Shown: in pieces, positions 10,175 through 19,418 of the stretch
Numbering within the stretch: the stretch's first letter is position 1
Layout of the letters: the number at the start of each line of letters is the position of its first letter
Assembly: GCA_963728565.1 (NCBI GenBank)
Contig: CAVSLC010000010.1
Coordinates: 160,001 to 224,000 of the forward strand
Direction: 5' to 3'
Source: an uncultured delta proteobacterium
GTDB taxonomy: Bacteria > Desulfobacterota > Binatia > UBA9968
DNA: 64,000 bases
Translations under genes and position numbers: made by a program
Notes under the pieces: model-generated
Databases searched by the model: none
What the model was told of the DNA's origin: nothing
Seen by the model: the letters and a program-made list of their open reading frames with translations, nothing else

Positions 10175-10220
10175 CCCGTCGTTTCCGCCCATGGAAGCCT
10201 CGTGCCTGCCCAAGATCCCT
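10158..10220 (+). pseudogene. 5' remnant of an ATP-dependent DNA ligase (LigC-like)
   Basis: MTLSISPSFPPMEA resembles LigC N-termini (xLPxxPPxxPMEA) and overlaps the polymerase stop; the KxDG motif does not follow. Confidence 0.5.
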
Positions 10221-10299
10221 CGGCCGCATGTAAAAACGCTGCGCCGTGTCTTGATGAGCGCGCTTCAGCGACGCAGTATGAATTCAGGAGGTTAAAAGC

Positions 10300-10491
10300 A
10301 TGAAATACGAAGTCAAAGAATCAAAGGAGCGATCCGGGGAATTCCTTGCGATTGCGGTCAATGAAGCCAGTCACAACGAAATATTTTCCGCGCTTTTCTG
10401 CGGCCCGGACGCAAAGCAACGAGCCGAGGAGTATGCCGCCTGGAAAAATAGCCAGCTGGAAGTGACCGGCGAACAGCTGTTGCAGCGATAA
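10300..10491 (+). CDS. Small hypothetical protein
   Basis: AGGAGG RBS; FCGPDAKQRAEEYAAWKN. Confidence 0.65.
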   Translation: MKYEVKESKERSGEFLAIAVNEASHNEIFSALFCGPDAKQRAEEYAAWKNSQLEVTGEQLLQR

Positions 10492-10493
10492 TT

Positions 10494-10988
10494 GTGCGAG
10501 GTCCGTCAAAAGCAAAACAGCCGGCGCCGTCTTCGGATGCGGCGCCGCGCCTTTTTGCCCGCTTTCTCGCTGAGCTTCTCGATCAGCGTTTCACGATTCC
10601 CGGGACCTCGATCCGGATTGGGCTCGATCCGCTTATCGGGCTAATACCCGGCATCGGCGACACCCTCGCCAATCTCGCCGGGTCAGCGATTCTTTTCATC
10701 GGCGCGAAGTTCAATCTGCCGAAAGTAGTCTTATTACGTATGGCTTTGAATATAGCATTGAATACGCTGATCGGCGCTATTCCGTTCGTTGGAGATCTCT
10801 TTTCGATTTGGTTCCGCAGCAACGTCAGAAATGTTCAATTGTTGGAGCGCTACGCAAGCCAGCACCGTCAAAGAGCGGCGGCCGCGGATTGGCTTTTCGT
10901 TGTGGCGGTCATAGGCGGGCTGGTGTTGTTGTTGATCGCTGTGCTTGTCGGACTGGGTTGGTTATTGCAGCAGCTGGTGCGCACTTAG
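10494..10988 (+). CDS. DUF4112 membrane protein
   Basis: LLDQRFTIPGTSIRIGLDPLIGLIPGIGD; GAIPFVGDLFSIWFRSNVRN. Confidence 0.9.
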   Translation: MRGPSKAKQPAPSSDAAPRLFARFLAELLDQRFTIPGTSIRIGLDPLIGLIPGIGDTLANLAGSAILFIGAKFNLPKVVLLRMALNIALNTLIGAIPFVGDLFSIWFRSNVRNVQLLERYASQHRQRAAAADWLFVVAVIGGLVLLLIAVLVGLGWLLQQLVRT

Positions 10989-11122
10989 CTGCGGTGATGA
11001 CGATCTTCTCCTTGCGACCAGGGCACACAACGTATGTCTCGGTTTTGAGAAAGAGTCCCACAGCTGAAACAGCGAAACTCTACGCAGGCTTTGAAGAGCT
11101 TGGTAGCCTCTCGGTTTTCGCG

Positions 11123-11137
11123 TGGCACACCAGTTGC
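11123..11137 (+). promoter_or_regulatory. sigma54 promoter upstream of the BON lipoprotein
   Basis: TGGCAC-ACCAG-TTGC perfect consensus, 37 bp before ATG. Confidence 0.8.
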
Positions 11138-11174
11138 GCAGAGTAGCTGTTGAACGAACTTTACTGGAGGCGCC

Positions 11175-11576
11175 ATGAAATTATTGCTGATTGTTTTCTT
11201 TTCAGGTTTTGTAATGCTCGGATGTTCTAAAGAGCAAGATCGGGCTGATCAAACCGGATCAAAATCTTCGTCATCCGTTGCGGCTGATAATACCGCTAAG
11301 AACGAGCGGGATCGCAACGATGCAACGAAAACCGCGGGAGATCAATCGGAGAATGAAGCCGACCGAAAGATCACGCAGGAAGTACGGAAATCCATTGTCG
11401 ATGACGACAAGCTTTCCACCAACGCCCAGAACGTGAAGATCATCACCAACGACGGCCAGGTCACCTTGCGTGGTCCGGTGAAGACCGCAGAGGAGAAAAA
11501 AGCGATCGAGAGCAAGGCGAAACAAGTAGCCGGGGTGAAGAACGTCGATAATCAGCTTGAGATTGCCAGCAACTAA
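11175..11576 (+). CDS. BON-domain (OsmY-like) lipoprotein
   Basis: Lipobox MLGC; DRKITQEVRKSIV, NVKIITNDGQVTLRGPV, VAGVKNVDNQL. Confidence 0.9.
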   Translation: MKLLLIVFFSGFVMLGCSKEQDRADQTGSKSSSSVAADNTAKNERDRNDATKTAGDQSENEADRKITQEVRKSIVDDDKLSTNAQNVKIITNDGQVTLRGPVKTAEEKKAIESKAKQVAGVKNVDNQLEIASN

Positions 11577-11605
11577 TTCTAGTAAGATTTATCTTCAAAG
11601 AACGG

Positions 11606-11634
11606 AGAGGGGCGATGGCACTATCGCCCCTCTT
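11606..11634 (+). terminator. Rho-independent terminator-like hairpin
   Basis: AGAGGGGCGAT...ATCGCCCCTCT stem after the BON gene. Confidence 0.6.
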
Positions 11635-11847
11635 GCGTTGACGGTCAGTTAACCTTCAGTAGGGCCGCCTCTTCTCCGTATCAAGATTCTCTCCATTGAA
11701 GCCCGGCCACCCGCGAAGCGGGTATCGAATCAAGGTGTTCTGGCTTGAAGCCGCCGGATTCAACGTCCTTCCAGCTGACTTGAAACGTTGTCTTGCTAAT
11801 TCGGGTCCTCGCCTCGGTGCCGTGTCGCATGCATTGACTCCCTGCCA

Positions 11848-12426
11848 ATGACGGGTAAAAAGGGATGTGGCGCGGAGAAGTGCGCTATCAATCTTACAAG
11901 TCGAATAGAAACCATCCGACAGCATCCGTTCCTGCTCGGGTTATTTTTCGCTCTCGGAGTGCTCGTCGGCGCGGGTCTTATGAGCTGGCGCCCCACCGCT
12001 CCGGCAGGGCCCATGGGCTATCGTGATCTATCCAATGATGATCTGTCTGAAAAAGGAGTAACGATGGCGCGCGCCTTACGCGCTCTCGCCAGAGAAATGA
12101 TGGCTACGGATGAAAAGCTTCGAAGACGCTGCGATGGAGAAAACGAGTTGGCTAAAACTGAACAGGCCAAAAACCAACTCCGGCAATCGTGCAATGATGA
12201 ATCGCTCAAAGCCACGCAAAATTTTCTTGGCCAATACGAGGACAGATATAAAGCCGAGGTGCTGATACTGCGCGAAGAGATGCTGCGCAGACTACCGGAG
12301 CTCAGACAAAAAGCCGCGCCACCCGTTCTAGCGAGTCACCCTACCAATGCTTTAGGCTTAGGCGAAGTCGCCTCCACGCTGGAGGTGCTCGCTAAGCTGC
12401 TACCCAAAATGCCGTCTAAAGCTTAA
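11848..12426 (+). CDS. Hypothetical membrane-anchored protein
   Basis: 192-aa ORF, one TM segment (FLLGLFFALGVLVGAGLM) then a helical region; start uncertain. Confidence 0.55.
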   Translation: MTGKKGCGAEKCAINLTSRIETIRQHPFLLGLFFALGVLVGAGLMSWRPTAPAGPMGYRDLSNDDLSEKGVTMARALRALAREMMATDEKLRRRCDGENELAKTEQAKNQLRQSCNDESLKATQNFLGQYEDRYKAEVLILREEMLRRLPELRQKAAPPVLASHPTNALGLGEVASTLEVLAKLLPKMPSKA

Positions 12427-12498
12427 TCCTAGTCGAACCCTATTGCCCCGTCAGAGCGCGGCGGTTACTCTGTATGGAAATCTGGAGCAGTCCTTCCA

Positions 12499-14211
12499 AT
12501 GCAGGATAGGTTTTATATAGCCGGACAATTGAGGCAGATCGGTCGGTTTCTCAGCGTCATGGGCGAGAACCCATTCAAAATAAGAGCCTATGAACGGGCG
12601 GCGCGGGCGTTGGAAAACGCTGCCGGCGACTTCGATGCGCGCGTCAAAGAGGGACGTTTAACCGAGATCGATGGGATCGGCAAGGCTTTGGCAGCCGTCA
12701 TCGAAGAAATCTACCACACCGGTGAGAGCGCTCTGTTGCAGCAGCTAAGCGAGCAGCTGCCTACCGGCGCCGTCGACCTCAACCAAGTTCCCGGGCTAAC
12801 TCTCAAGAAGATCGTCGCGCTTCACGAAAGTTTGGGTATCAAGAGCGTTGATGATCTGAAATCCGCTTGCCAGAAGGGGCTGGTGCGGGCTGTCAAAGGC
12901 TTTGGCCAAAAAGCTGAAGCAAACATTCTCGCGGGCATCGAGAAGTTGCAGCATCGGGAGGACCGCACTCTAATTTCGCAGGCGCTGGCAGATGCCGAGC
13001 CGCTGCTTCAATATTTACGAGCCTGTTCGGAAATTCATCATTGTGAGATTGCCGGCTCGCTGCGACGCCGCAAAGAAACAGTGCGGCGGATCTGTATAGT
13101 TGCCGCGAGCGCAGATCCGAAGACCGTGATCGAACGTTTCCTGCGCTACCCGTTATTCGCCCAATCCGATGAAGCCGGAACGAATCGTTGTGTCGGGCGT
13201 CTCGCCAGAGGTCTGGAGGTCGAGCTCGACATCGCGGCGCCGGCGCAGTACGCCGCGGCTCTGCATTACTCGACCGGCTCAAAGGATCACTATGCAGCTC
13301 TGGTAGATCGCGCGCGATCGCAAGGTCTTATGATGAGCGCGGAAGGTTTGCGCGGGCCCAAGGGTAAAGCGTTGAAGGTTGAAACCGAAGGCGATATTTA
13401 CCGGCGACTGGGACTCGAATACATAGCGCCGGAGCTGCGCGAGAATCAAGGCGAGATCGAGGCTGCTGCCAGCGGCCGCTTGCCGGAGGCCGTCGTCGCC
13501 GAGGACATTCAAGGCATGGTTCACTGCCATACGACCTATTCCGATGGGCAAAACACGGTTGAAGAAATGGCCCGAGCCGCCGAAGCCTTGGGCATGCGGT
13601 ACATTACTTTCACCGATCATTCGCCAACCGCGTCCTACGCGGGCGGAGTCAAGATCGATCGCTTGCGGGCGCAGTGGGAAGAAATCGATCGAGTTCAAGA
13701 GCGGGTGCGGATCAAGTTGTTAAAAGGAACCGAATCGGACATTCTCGAAGATGGCTTGCTCGATTATCCGGACTACATTCTGGAAAAGTTCGATGTCATC
13801 ATCGCCAGCATCCACACACGGCATAAAATGAACGCCGATCAGATGACCGCTCGTTTGTTGCGCGCGCTGAAACTGCCGCTATTTAAGATTTGGGGACATC
13901 CACTCGGCCGCTTGATTGAGTCGCGCCCGCCGTTTGAATGTCATATGGATGAAGTGCTGGATGCGGTTGCCGCTTCCCGCGCGGCGATAGAAGTTAACGG
14001 CGACCCGCGCCGACTGGATCTCGAGCCGCGCTGGATTCGAGCTGCGCGGCAGCGTGGAATCAGATTCGTCGTATCCACAGATGCGCATTCGCTCAAAAAT
14101 CTAGAGAACCTACCATACGGCGTGGCGATGGCGCGCCGGGGCTGGTTGGCGCGCGGTGATATCTTGAATACCTTGCCGGTTGACGAGTTTATGGATGCGG
14201 TCCGGCCGTGA
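12499..14211 (+). CDS. polX: DNA polymerase X/PHP protein, non-canonical polymerase site
   Basis: GENPFKIRAY, HhH IDGIGK, GSLRRRKET, YSTGSKDH, PELREN; PHP motifs HCHTTYSDG, TDHS, GHP, STDAH. Confidence 0.93.
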   Translation: MQDRFYIAGQLRQIGRFLSVMGENPFKIRAYERAARALENAAGDFDARVKEGRLTEIDGIGKALAAVIEEIYHTGESALLQQLSEQLPTGAVDLNQVPGLTLKKIVALHESLGIKSVDDLKSACQKGLVRAVKGFGQKAEANILAGIEKLQHREDRTLISQALADAEPLLQYLRACSEIHHCEIAGSLRRRKETVRRICIVAASADPKTVIERFLRYPLFAQSDEAGTNRCVGRLARGLEVELDIAAPAQYAAALHYSTGSKDHYAALVDRARSQGLMMSAEGLRGPKGKALKVETEGDIYRRLGLEYIAPELRENQGEIEAAASGRLPEAVVAEDIQGMVHCHTTYSDGQNTVEEMARAAEALGMRYITFTDHSPTASYAGGVKIDRLRAQWEEIDRVQERVRIKLLKGTESDILEDGLLDYPDYILEKFDVIIASIHTRHKMNADQMTARLLRALKLPLFKIWGHPLGRLIESRPPFECHMDEVLDAVAASRAAIEVNGDPRRLDLEPRWIRAARQRGIRFVVSTDAHSLKNLENLPYGVAMARRGWLARGDILNTLPVDEFMDAVRP

Positions 14212-14843
14212 ATCGGATTTTTCTGCTTTCGCCTGCCAATTGTAATGGGGTGCGGGCCGGCTGGATTCTCCGTCCTCAGGCTCGTTCCGAGCTCGCCCGG
14301 CGCTTGCGCAGTCCCGAAGGAGCGTCTCTCGCCGAAGTCTTCAGTTTTCTTAGCGCCCTTTATTTTCGCGGCAAGCTTGCCTATGCGCGGGCCTTTGCTC
14401 ACCCGCCGGTCCCATCTTCGGGAGTCCTATTGATTACTCCGACTGCGGGTTTGATGCCCGACGGCGCGTTGGTGCGGATGTCGACATTGCGTGGTTTTAG
14501 CCGCGTTCCGATTAGTGTAAAGAGTCGTCGCTACCGAAGCGCTCTCCTGCGAGACGTCAAGCAACTGGCCCGCGAGATCGGCCGCGATTGTGAAGTGGTT
14601 TTGTTGGGCAGCATCGCCACCGGAAAGTACCTGGATATCCTCAATCAAGCGCTTGGCGACCAACTGAGGGTTCCGGCCGAGTTTGTTGGTCTAGGTGATA
14701 TGAGCCGCGGCGCGCTATTGCTTCGGTGCGTGAAAGAACGGCGGGAGTTAAACTATATCACGGTTGCGGCTGCTTCCGAGCGCTGCTGGCGTGCCATCGC
14801 GCCGGAAGCAGTGCAACCGTCCGTTGAAACAACTGTATGCTAA
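14208..14843 (+). CDS. Conserved hypothetical protein coupled to polX
   Basis: GTGA overlap with the polX stop; FLLSPA, FLSALYFRGKLAYA, VVLLGSIATGKY, GDMSRGALLL. Confidence 0.75.
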   Translation: MNRIFLLSPANCNGVRAGWILRPQARSELARRLRSPEGASLAEVFSFLSALYFRGKLAYARAFAHPPVPSSGVLLITPTAGLMPDGALVRMSTLRGFSRVPISVKSRRYRSALLRDVKQLAREIGRDCEVVLLGSIATGKYLDILNQALGDQLRVPAEFVGLGDMSRGALLLRCVKERRELNYITVAAASERCWRAIAPEAVQPSVETTVC

Positions 14844-14877
14844 GCGCGTGTGTGACTGAGCGCGCTCTGAACTAGAG

Positions 14878-15778
14878 CTATCTTTTTTTCTTCTTCTTGC
14901 TTTTACTTTTAGATGAACTCGAGCTCTTGCTCTTGCGCGACCTTGTCGATGCTTTGGCTGATCGCTTCGGCTGGATATCTTCTTCCTCTTCTGAAGCGTC
15001 AATTTCTGAAACATCGAGCTCTTCCGTCGACCCTGAAGCTTCGTCCATGGTCATGCTTGTCAGCCAATCGCGAACTTTCTCCAGGTGCTCTTGTTCCTCT
15101 TCGTACGCTTTGCGGCACTGTTCTTCGAGATCGTCTTGACCCAGCTCCGCGGCGATGTCTTGGAGCATCTGCCAGCCATCGTTATCGACGAGCTCTGCCG
15201 TGAGCATCGCCTGCAGCGTTTGCGGAATGGTGGTCCGAGGATCACTGACCACCTGCATGACACCATGACTCAATACCCCGGCGACATCCGCCGAAGGCGT
15301 CTGCACGGTGGCATCCCCGCCCAAAGCGGTGATGGCATTTTGCAGCAGGTGAAAATGCTCCAGTTCTTCGTCGCAGATGTGGCGCAGTTCTTCGGCAGAA
15401 GGCCCCGAGGCGTTTTCCAGATTAAGCGACTCGCATTTCTGTAGGAACGCCTCGTAAAGCCGAGTGCCTTGCCTTTCAAAGGCCAGCCGCTCGCCTAACT
15501 TGTCGAGCAAAACCGGCTAATCCATCGAATTGTCCGACACTCTCACCGTCTTCAGAAACTTCCACCATAACCGGTGATGAGCCGATCGGCACGGCCTCCT
15601 CTATATACTCGGCCTTAACCGCTGCCATCTCCGTGGCACCGCCTTGTGAGCTTGGCACGGTTTGTTTGGCTCCCTCGATCATTTCGATACTGAGTTCTGG
15701 ATTGGTCATGATTCCCGTGCGATTACCGGGAATTTCCTGTTTCGAATCTGACAGAACGTCCATTTCATGCGTTTCCAT
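14878..15778 (-). CDS. Ferritin-like (di-iron) protein, split by a +1 frameshift near 15512 (probable sequence error)
   Basis: NRTG N-terminal part joins LLDKLGERLAFERQGTRLYE; EELEH, ELVDNDGW, EEQEH; acidic then Ser/Lys-rich tail. Confidence 0.8.
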
Positions 15779-15798
15779 ACGATGGTCTCCTGGTTTAT

Positions 15799-16998
15799 TT
15801 ACGCAACTTTAGTTTGCAGCTTCTTGATATCGGGAGTTTCTTCCGCCAACTCGGTGCCGGGCTTCCACTGGTAGCCGGCGGCGACGGTTTCGGACGGCGA
15901 GCCTTTTGAATTCATCTGCTCGCGGTAAACCACCGACGGCGAATCGGCTCCTTCATCATCTTTGTCGATGAACTGGGTCTTGCGCGCGCGTAAATCGACT
16001 TCCTCGCTCAATGTCTTGCGCACGAATTCGCGATGGCTTCGGTATTCGATGGGCTCCGGCAGCGATTCCGGGATAATCTCGGCTGGGTCACGCTTTTCGA
16101 ATTTCTTGAACAAGTCGAGAACATAATGGAAGTGCCCTAGCTCGTAGTCGAGGAAGCGTTGCCAGATTGCCTTCACTTTCGGATGGCTCTCGTACTGCAG
16201 GCAGCTGTAGTAATTATAAATTTCGCCGGCTTCGTGCATCAACCATTTCTCCAGCCAGGTCTCCTCCGGGTCGATGATCGATTCGTATTGGGTGACATGT
16301 TGTTCTTCGATAGAAGCGATTTCGGCATAGAGCTGCCGGGCTATGGGGTCGGCGAACATAGGTCCGATGGTCATGTAATAGTCATGCGTTTGATGTTCGC
16401 CGGCCATAATCGTTACCGCGTTGAGCTTGCTGATCGGCGCCGCCTTCTTGCGGTCGTAAGCTTCGCGTAGATCGTCTTCCGGCGCGCGGTGTTCCACGGC
16501 AGTGGGGCGTCCCGGCAGGATGTCGGTATAACTCTGAAGAATATTATTGGCGTCACAACCGATAACTCGATCCATCAAGGCGGAGAAGCGATACATATGA
16601 TCGAAATCTTCGAGCAGCCCGAAGCGGTAAACCTGGGCCAGGTAGGGGTCTGGTTCGTGTTCCGCTACGCTCGCGGTCACTTCAATAGCGACCTGCTCAA
16701 AGCCGATGGTTGTTTCGAGCGGCGAAAGATCGGCGGGTAACAGCCAGTTGACCATGGTTTGTTGATGTTGTTCGATGCGCCGCACCCGCGCCAAGGCAAG
16801 CTGCAATTCTTTATTCATGCGCGCGCAGGCGTGTTGGAACCGCAGCGCCTCGGACTCGATGCCGTTCATCAGGATAATCCGCACCCGAGTAAAAGCGTCG
16901 CTGTCTAGCTTGCTCGTCGGCACCCCCGCGATATCGCGCCAATTAAATTTTTGTTCATCCAAGCCAACTCCTTTTTCCTTCATCAAGTCTAAACTCAT
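15799..16998 (-). CDS. Tandem ferritin-like-fold hypothetical protein
   Basis: Repeated ExxH motifs (IEQH, LEDFDH, GEHQTHDYY, IEEQH, YELGH); AAGGAG RBS. Confidence 0.8.
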   Translation of the reverse strand: MSLDLMKEKGVGLDEQKFNWRDIAGVPTSKLDSDAFTRVRIILMNGIESEALRFQHACARMNKELQLALARVRRIEQHQQTMVNWLLPADLSPLETTIGFEQVAIEVTASVAEHEPDPYLAQVYRFGLLEDFDHMYRFSALMDRVIGCDANNILQSYTDILPGRPTAVEHRAPEDDLREAYDRKKAAPISKLNAVTIMAGEHQTHDYYMTIGPMFADPIARQLYAEIASIEEQHVTQYESIIDPEETWLEKWLMHEAGEIYNYYSCLQYESHPKVKAIWQRFLDYELGHFHYVLDLFKKFEKRDPAEIIPESLPEPIEYRSHREFVRKTLSEEVDLRARKTQFIDKDDEGADSPSVVYREQMNSKGSPSETVAAGYQWKPGTELAEETPDIKKLQTKVA

Positions 16999-17114
16999 AA
17001 GGTCTCCTTTCGTCTGGAACAGTTGCAGTGATTGGTCAGCCGCTCTAACGCGCTGTAACAGAACTTCAAGTTGTGCAGAAATTTCGAAGCAGAAGGTGTC
17101 GCGCAGCAATTAGT

Positions 17115-17129
17115 GCAAGTGAGGTGCCA
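17115..17129 (-). promoter_or_regulatory. sigma54 promoter for the ferritin-like operon
   Basis: Minus strand TGGCAC-CTCAC-TTGC(A) perfect consensus. Confidence 0.8.
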
Positions 17130-17292
17130 GTAAAAAACGTCTTGCTTCGATACCTGAGTCTCCGGCTTGCGACATTTCTCTCAGAACTGTTCCGTAGTTG
17201 ATTGATATTCTGCGCCGTTTCCGCGTAGCACCTTGTGGTTCGAGCGAAGATAGGTCAGATTTTAAGAGATATTCTCAAAGCAATGGTTTTGC

Positions 17293-18231
17293 ATGATCCC
17301 ATCAAACGCGCCGGTTATAGAGATTCACTCCGTTTCCAAACAGTTCGGCGATCGTATGGCGGTCGACAATCTCGACCTGGAAGTACCGGCTCGGACTTGT
17401 TTCGGTTTGCTCGGGCCCAATGGCGCCGGGAAAACCACCACATTGCGGATGATCTACGGCGTCACCCAGCCTTCCAGCGGTACTATCCTGGTTTTCGGCA
17501 TGGATATCGGCCCGAATTCCCGAGCTGTGCGCGCCCGCCTTGGGGTTACATTGCAGCAAAACGTCTTGATCGAGGCGCTGTCGCCCAAAGAGAACCTTCG
17601 GGTATTCGGCCGCTATCATTTGTTACATGAGCCGGAGCTGTCGCGCCGGGCCGAGGAATTGATCGACTTTCTCGAGCTGCGTTCCCACGCCGACGTCCCG
17701 GTGAAACGTCTGTCCGGCGGTTTTCAGCGCCGCCTGGCGATCGCTTTGTCTCTGATCAACGGCCCGGAACTGCTGATTCTCGATGAACCGACGACCGGCC
17801 TCGATCCGGCAGTTCGCCTCGCTTTATGGTCACGTATCCGTGAGTTGCGCGCATCCGGAACCACGGTGCTGGTCACGACTCATTATATGGACGAGGCGCA
17901 GCGTTTATGTGACCGGGTGGCCATCGTTTCTGCCGGAAAAGTCATTCGTTCCGGCGCGCCGGCAGAGCTCATCGTGGGACTGGCAGCGGAAACGATCGAG
18001 CTGGATTGTTCGATTGAAGAAGAAGCGGCGCTGTTAAATGGCTTTGCCGCCGACGCGCAGTGCCTGCGAATTGGCCAGCGGCTGATGATTTACCTGGAAA
18101 ACACCACCGGCCTGATTGACCACATACGTCGTAGCGATCACGGTGATCGCCGGCCGATCATCGTTCGACCGACAAATTTGGAAGACGTTTATTTGTCACT
18201 CACCGGTACTCGGCTCGAGGGCGGCTCATGA
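17293..18231 (+). CDS. ABC-2 exporter ATP-binding subunit (NodI-like)
   Basis: GPNGAGKTT, LSGG, LILDEPTTGLDP, TTHYMDEA. Confidence 0.92.
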   Translation: MIPSNAPVIEIHSVSKQFGDRMAVDNLDLEVPARTCFGLLGPNGAGKTTTLRMIYGVTQPSSGTILVFGMDIGPNSRAVRARLGVTLQQNVLIEALSPKENLRVFGRYHLLHEPELSRRAEELIDFLELRSHADVPVKRLSGGFQRRLAIALSLINGPELLILDEPTTGLDPAVRLALWSRIRELRASGTTVLVTTHYMDEAQRLCDRVAIVSAGKVIRSGAPAELIVGLAAETIELDCSIEEEAALLNGFAADAQCLRIGQRLMIYLENTTGLIDHIRRSDHGDRRPIIVRPTNLEDVYLSLTGTRLEGGS

Positions 18232-18995
18232 ACCTTTCACCTGCGTATGCATTGGCGGTTTGGTTGCGAAACGCAGCCATGTACCGCCGCACCTGGATGT
18301 GGAATCTGTTGCCCAATTTTTTTGAGCCGGTGTTCTATCTTTTTTCGATTGGCATTGGGGTAGGCGCTTACATCTCACAGATGGAGGGACTTACCTATGT
18401 CGCGTTCATCGCGCCGGGCCTGGTTTGTGTTGCGGCCATGAATGGCGCCAGCTACGAAGTCACTTACAATATTTATGTACGGCTGACATTCGAAAAGGCT
18501 TACGATGCGATGCTGACAACTCCGATAGAACCCGACGACATTCTAGGTGGCGAAGTCTTGTGGGCGATTACCCGCGCAAGTATATACGGCGGCTGCTTTT
18601 TTGTCGTTCTAGCGGTGTTTGGCCTGACGCCGTTCCCGTCTTCTCTTTGGGCGCTATTGGTGATCCCGCTCACCGGGCTGCTCTTTGCCGCAATCGGCAT
18701 AACATTTTCGCTGCGCATTCCCAATATAGATTCATTCAGCTTTTACTTTACTCTATTTTTGACGCCGCTGTTTTTGTTCTCGGACGTATTTTTCCCGTTG
18801 CAAGAGCGACTATCGCCAGGCTGGCTGTGGGTTGCCGAGGCGTTGCCGCTGCTTCACCCTGTGCGTCTTGCGCGTGCCGCCTTCAGCGGAAACTTTAGTG
18901 TGATGGCCCTGTGGGATATTGCCTACTCGCTGGTGGGGTCGTGCTTGCTGCTGATGTGGGCGAGACGCGCCGTGCGTCAACGTCTGACCAACTAG
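18228..18995 (+). CDS. ABC-2 exporter permease (NodJ-like)
   Basis: FEPVFYL, YVAFIAPGL, YDAMLTTP, FFP, LPLLHPV; overlaps the ATPase stop. Confidence 0.9.
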   Translation: MNLSPAYALAVWLRNAAMYRRTWMWNLLPNFFEPVFYLFSIGIGVGAYISQMEGLTYVAFIAPGLVCVAAMNGASYEVTYNIYVRLTFEKAYDAMLTTPIEPDDILGGEVLWAITRASIYGGCFFVVLAVFGLTPFPSSLWALLVIPLTGLLFAAIGITFSLRIPNIDSFSFYFTLFLTPLFLFSDVFFPLQERLSPGWLWVAEALPLLHPVRLARAAFSGNFSVMALWDIAYSLVGSCLLLMWARRAVRQRLTN

Positions 18996-19016
18996 CTGCT
19001 TACAGATGGAAGGGTC

Positions 19017-19307
19017 TTAATGGGCGGTGCGGCGAGCACGTTGCAACCGTGCTCCAATCAGGCGAGCCGCTCCTACCACAGTGATGGCGCCAAGAACCGC
19101 GGTTGCATAGGAGCCGAAAGAATTGCTCCCGATGATGACCCAGAAAAACAATGAGTGCCCAAGCAGCGCGCCGATCACACCAAAAATAACATCGCGCAGA
19201 TGGTTGTTGCCTGGGCTGGCGCCTCTGCCGTCCCGTTCTCCGTCAGCGGCTATTCCGGTCAACCAACCGGCAATCGCACCCAACAAGATTCGCGCGAGAA
19301 GATTCAT
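19017..19307 (-). CDS. GlsB/YeaQ/YmgE (transglycosylase-associated) stress membrane protein
   Basis: ILLGAIAGWL...GVIGALLG...AVLGAI pattern. Confidence 0.75.
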   Translation of the reverse strand: MNLLARILLGAIAGWLTGIAADGERDGRGASPGNNHLRDVIFGVIGALLGHSLFFWVIIGSNSFGSYATAVLGAITVVGAARLIGARLQRARRTAH

Positions 19308-19418
19308 AGGGGCCTTCCTTGCTGATGTGCAGCGAACCGGAATGTTTCGTGTCCGGCAGGCGAGCTCAAGCGAAGCGGAGAAAGCGGGCAAGAAAATGGC
19401 GCTGGTTTGCTCGAGGGC

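Noticed and set aside
15500-15520. Programmed frameshift in the ferritin-like gene
   Set aside because: No canonical slippery heptamer; many similar indels across the window point to sequence error
17293-18995. Nod-factor export (nodIJ) implying symbiosis
   Set aside because: NodI/J-like ABC-2 pairs are widespread; no nodABC genes in the window
19397-19410. TGGCGC-TGGT-TTGC sigma54-like site
   Set aside because: Spacing is one base short and it points antisense to the flanking genes
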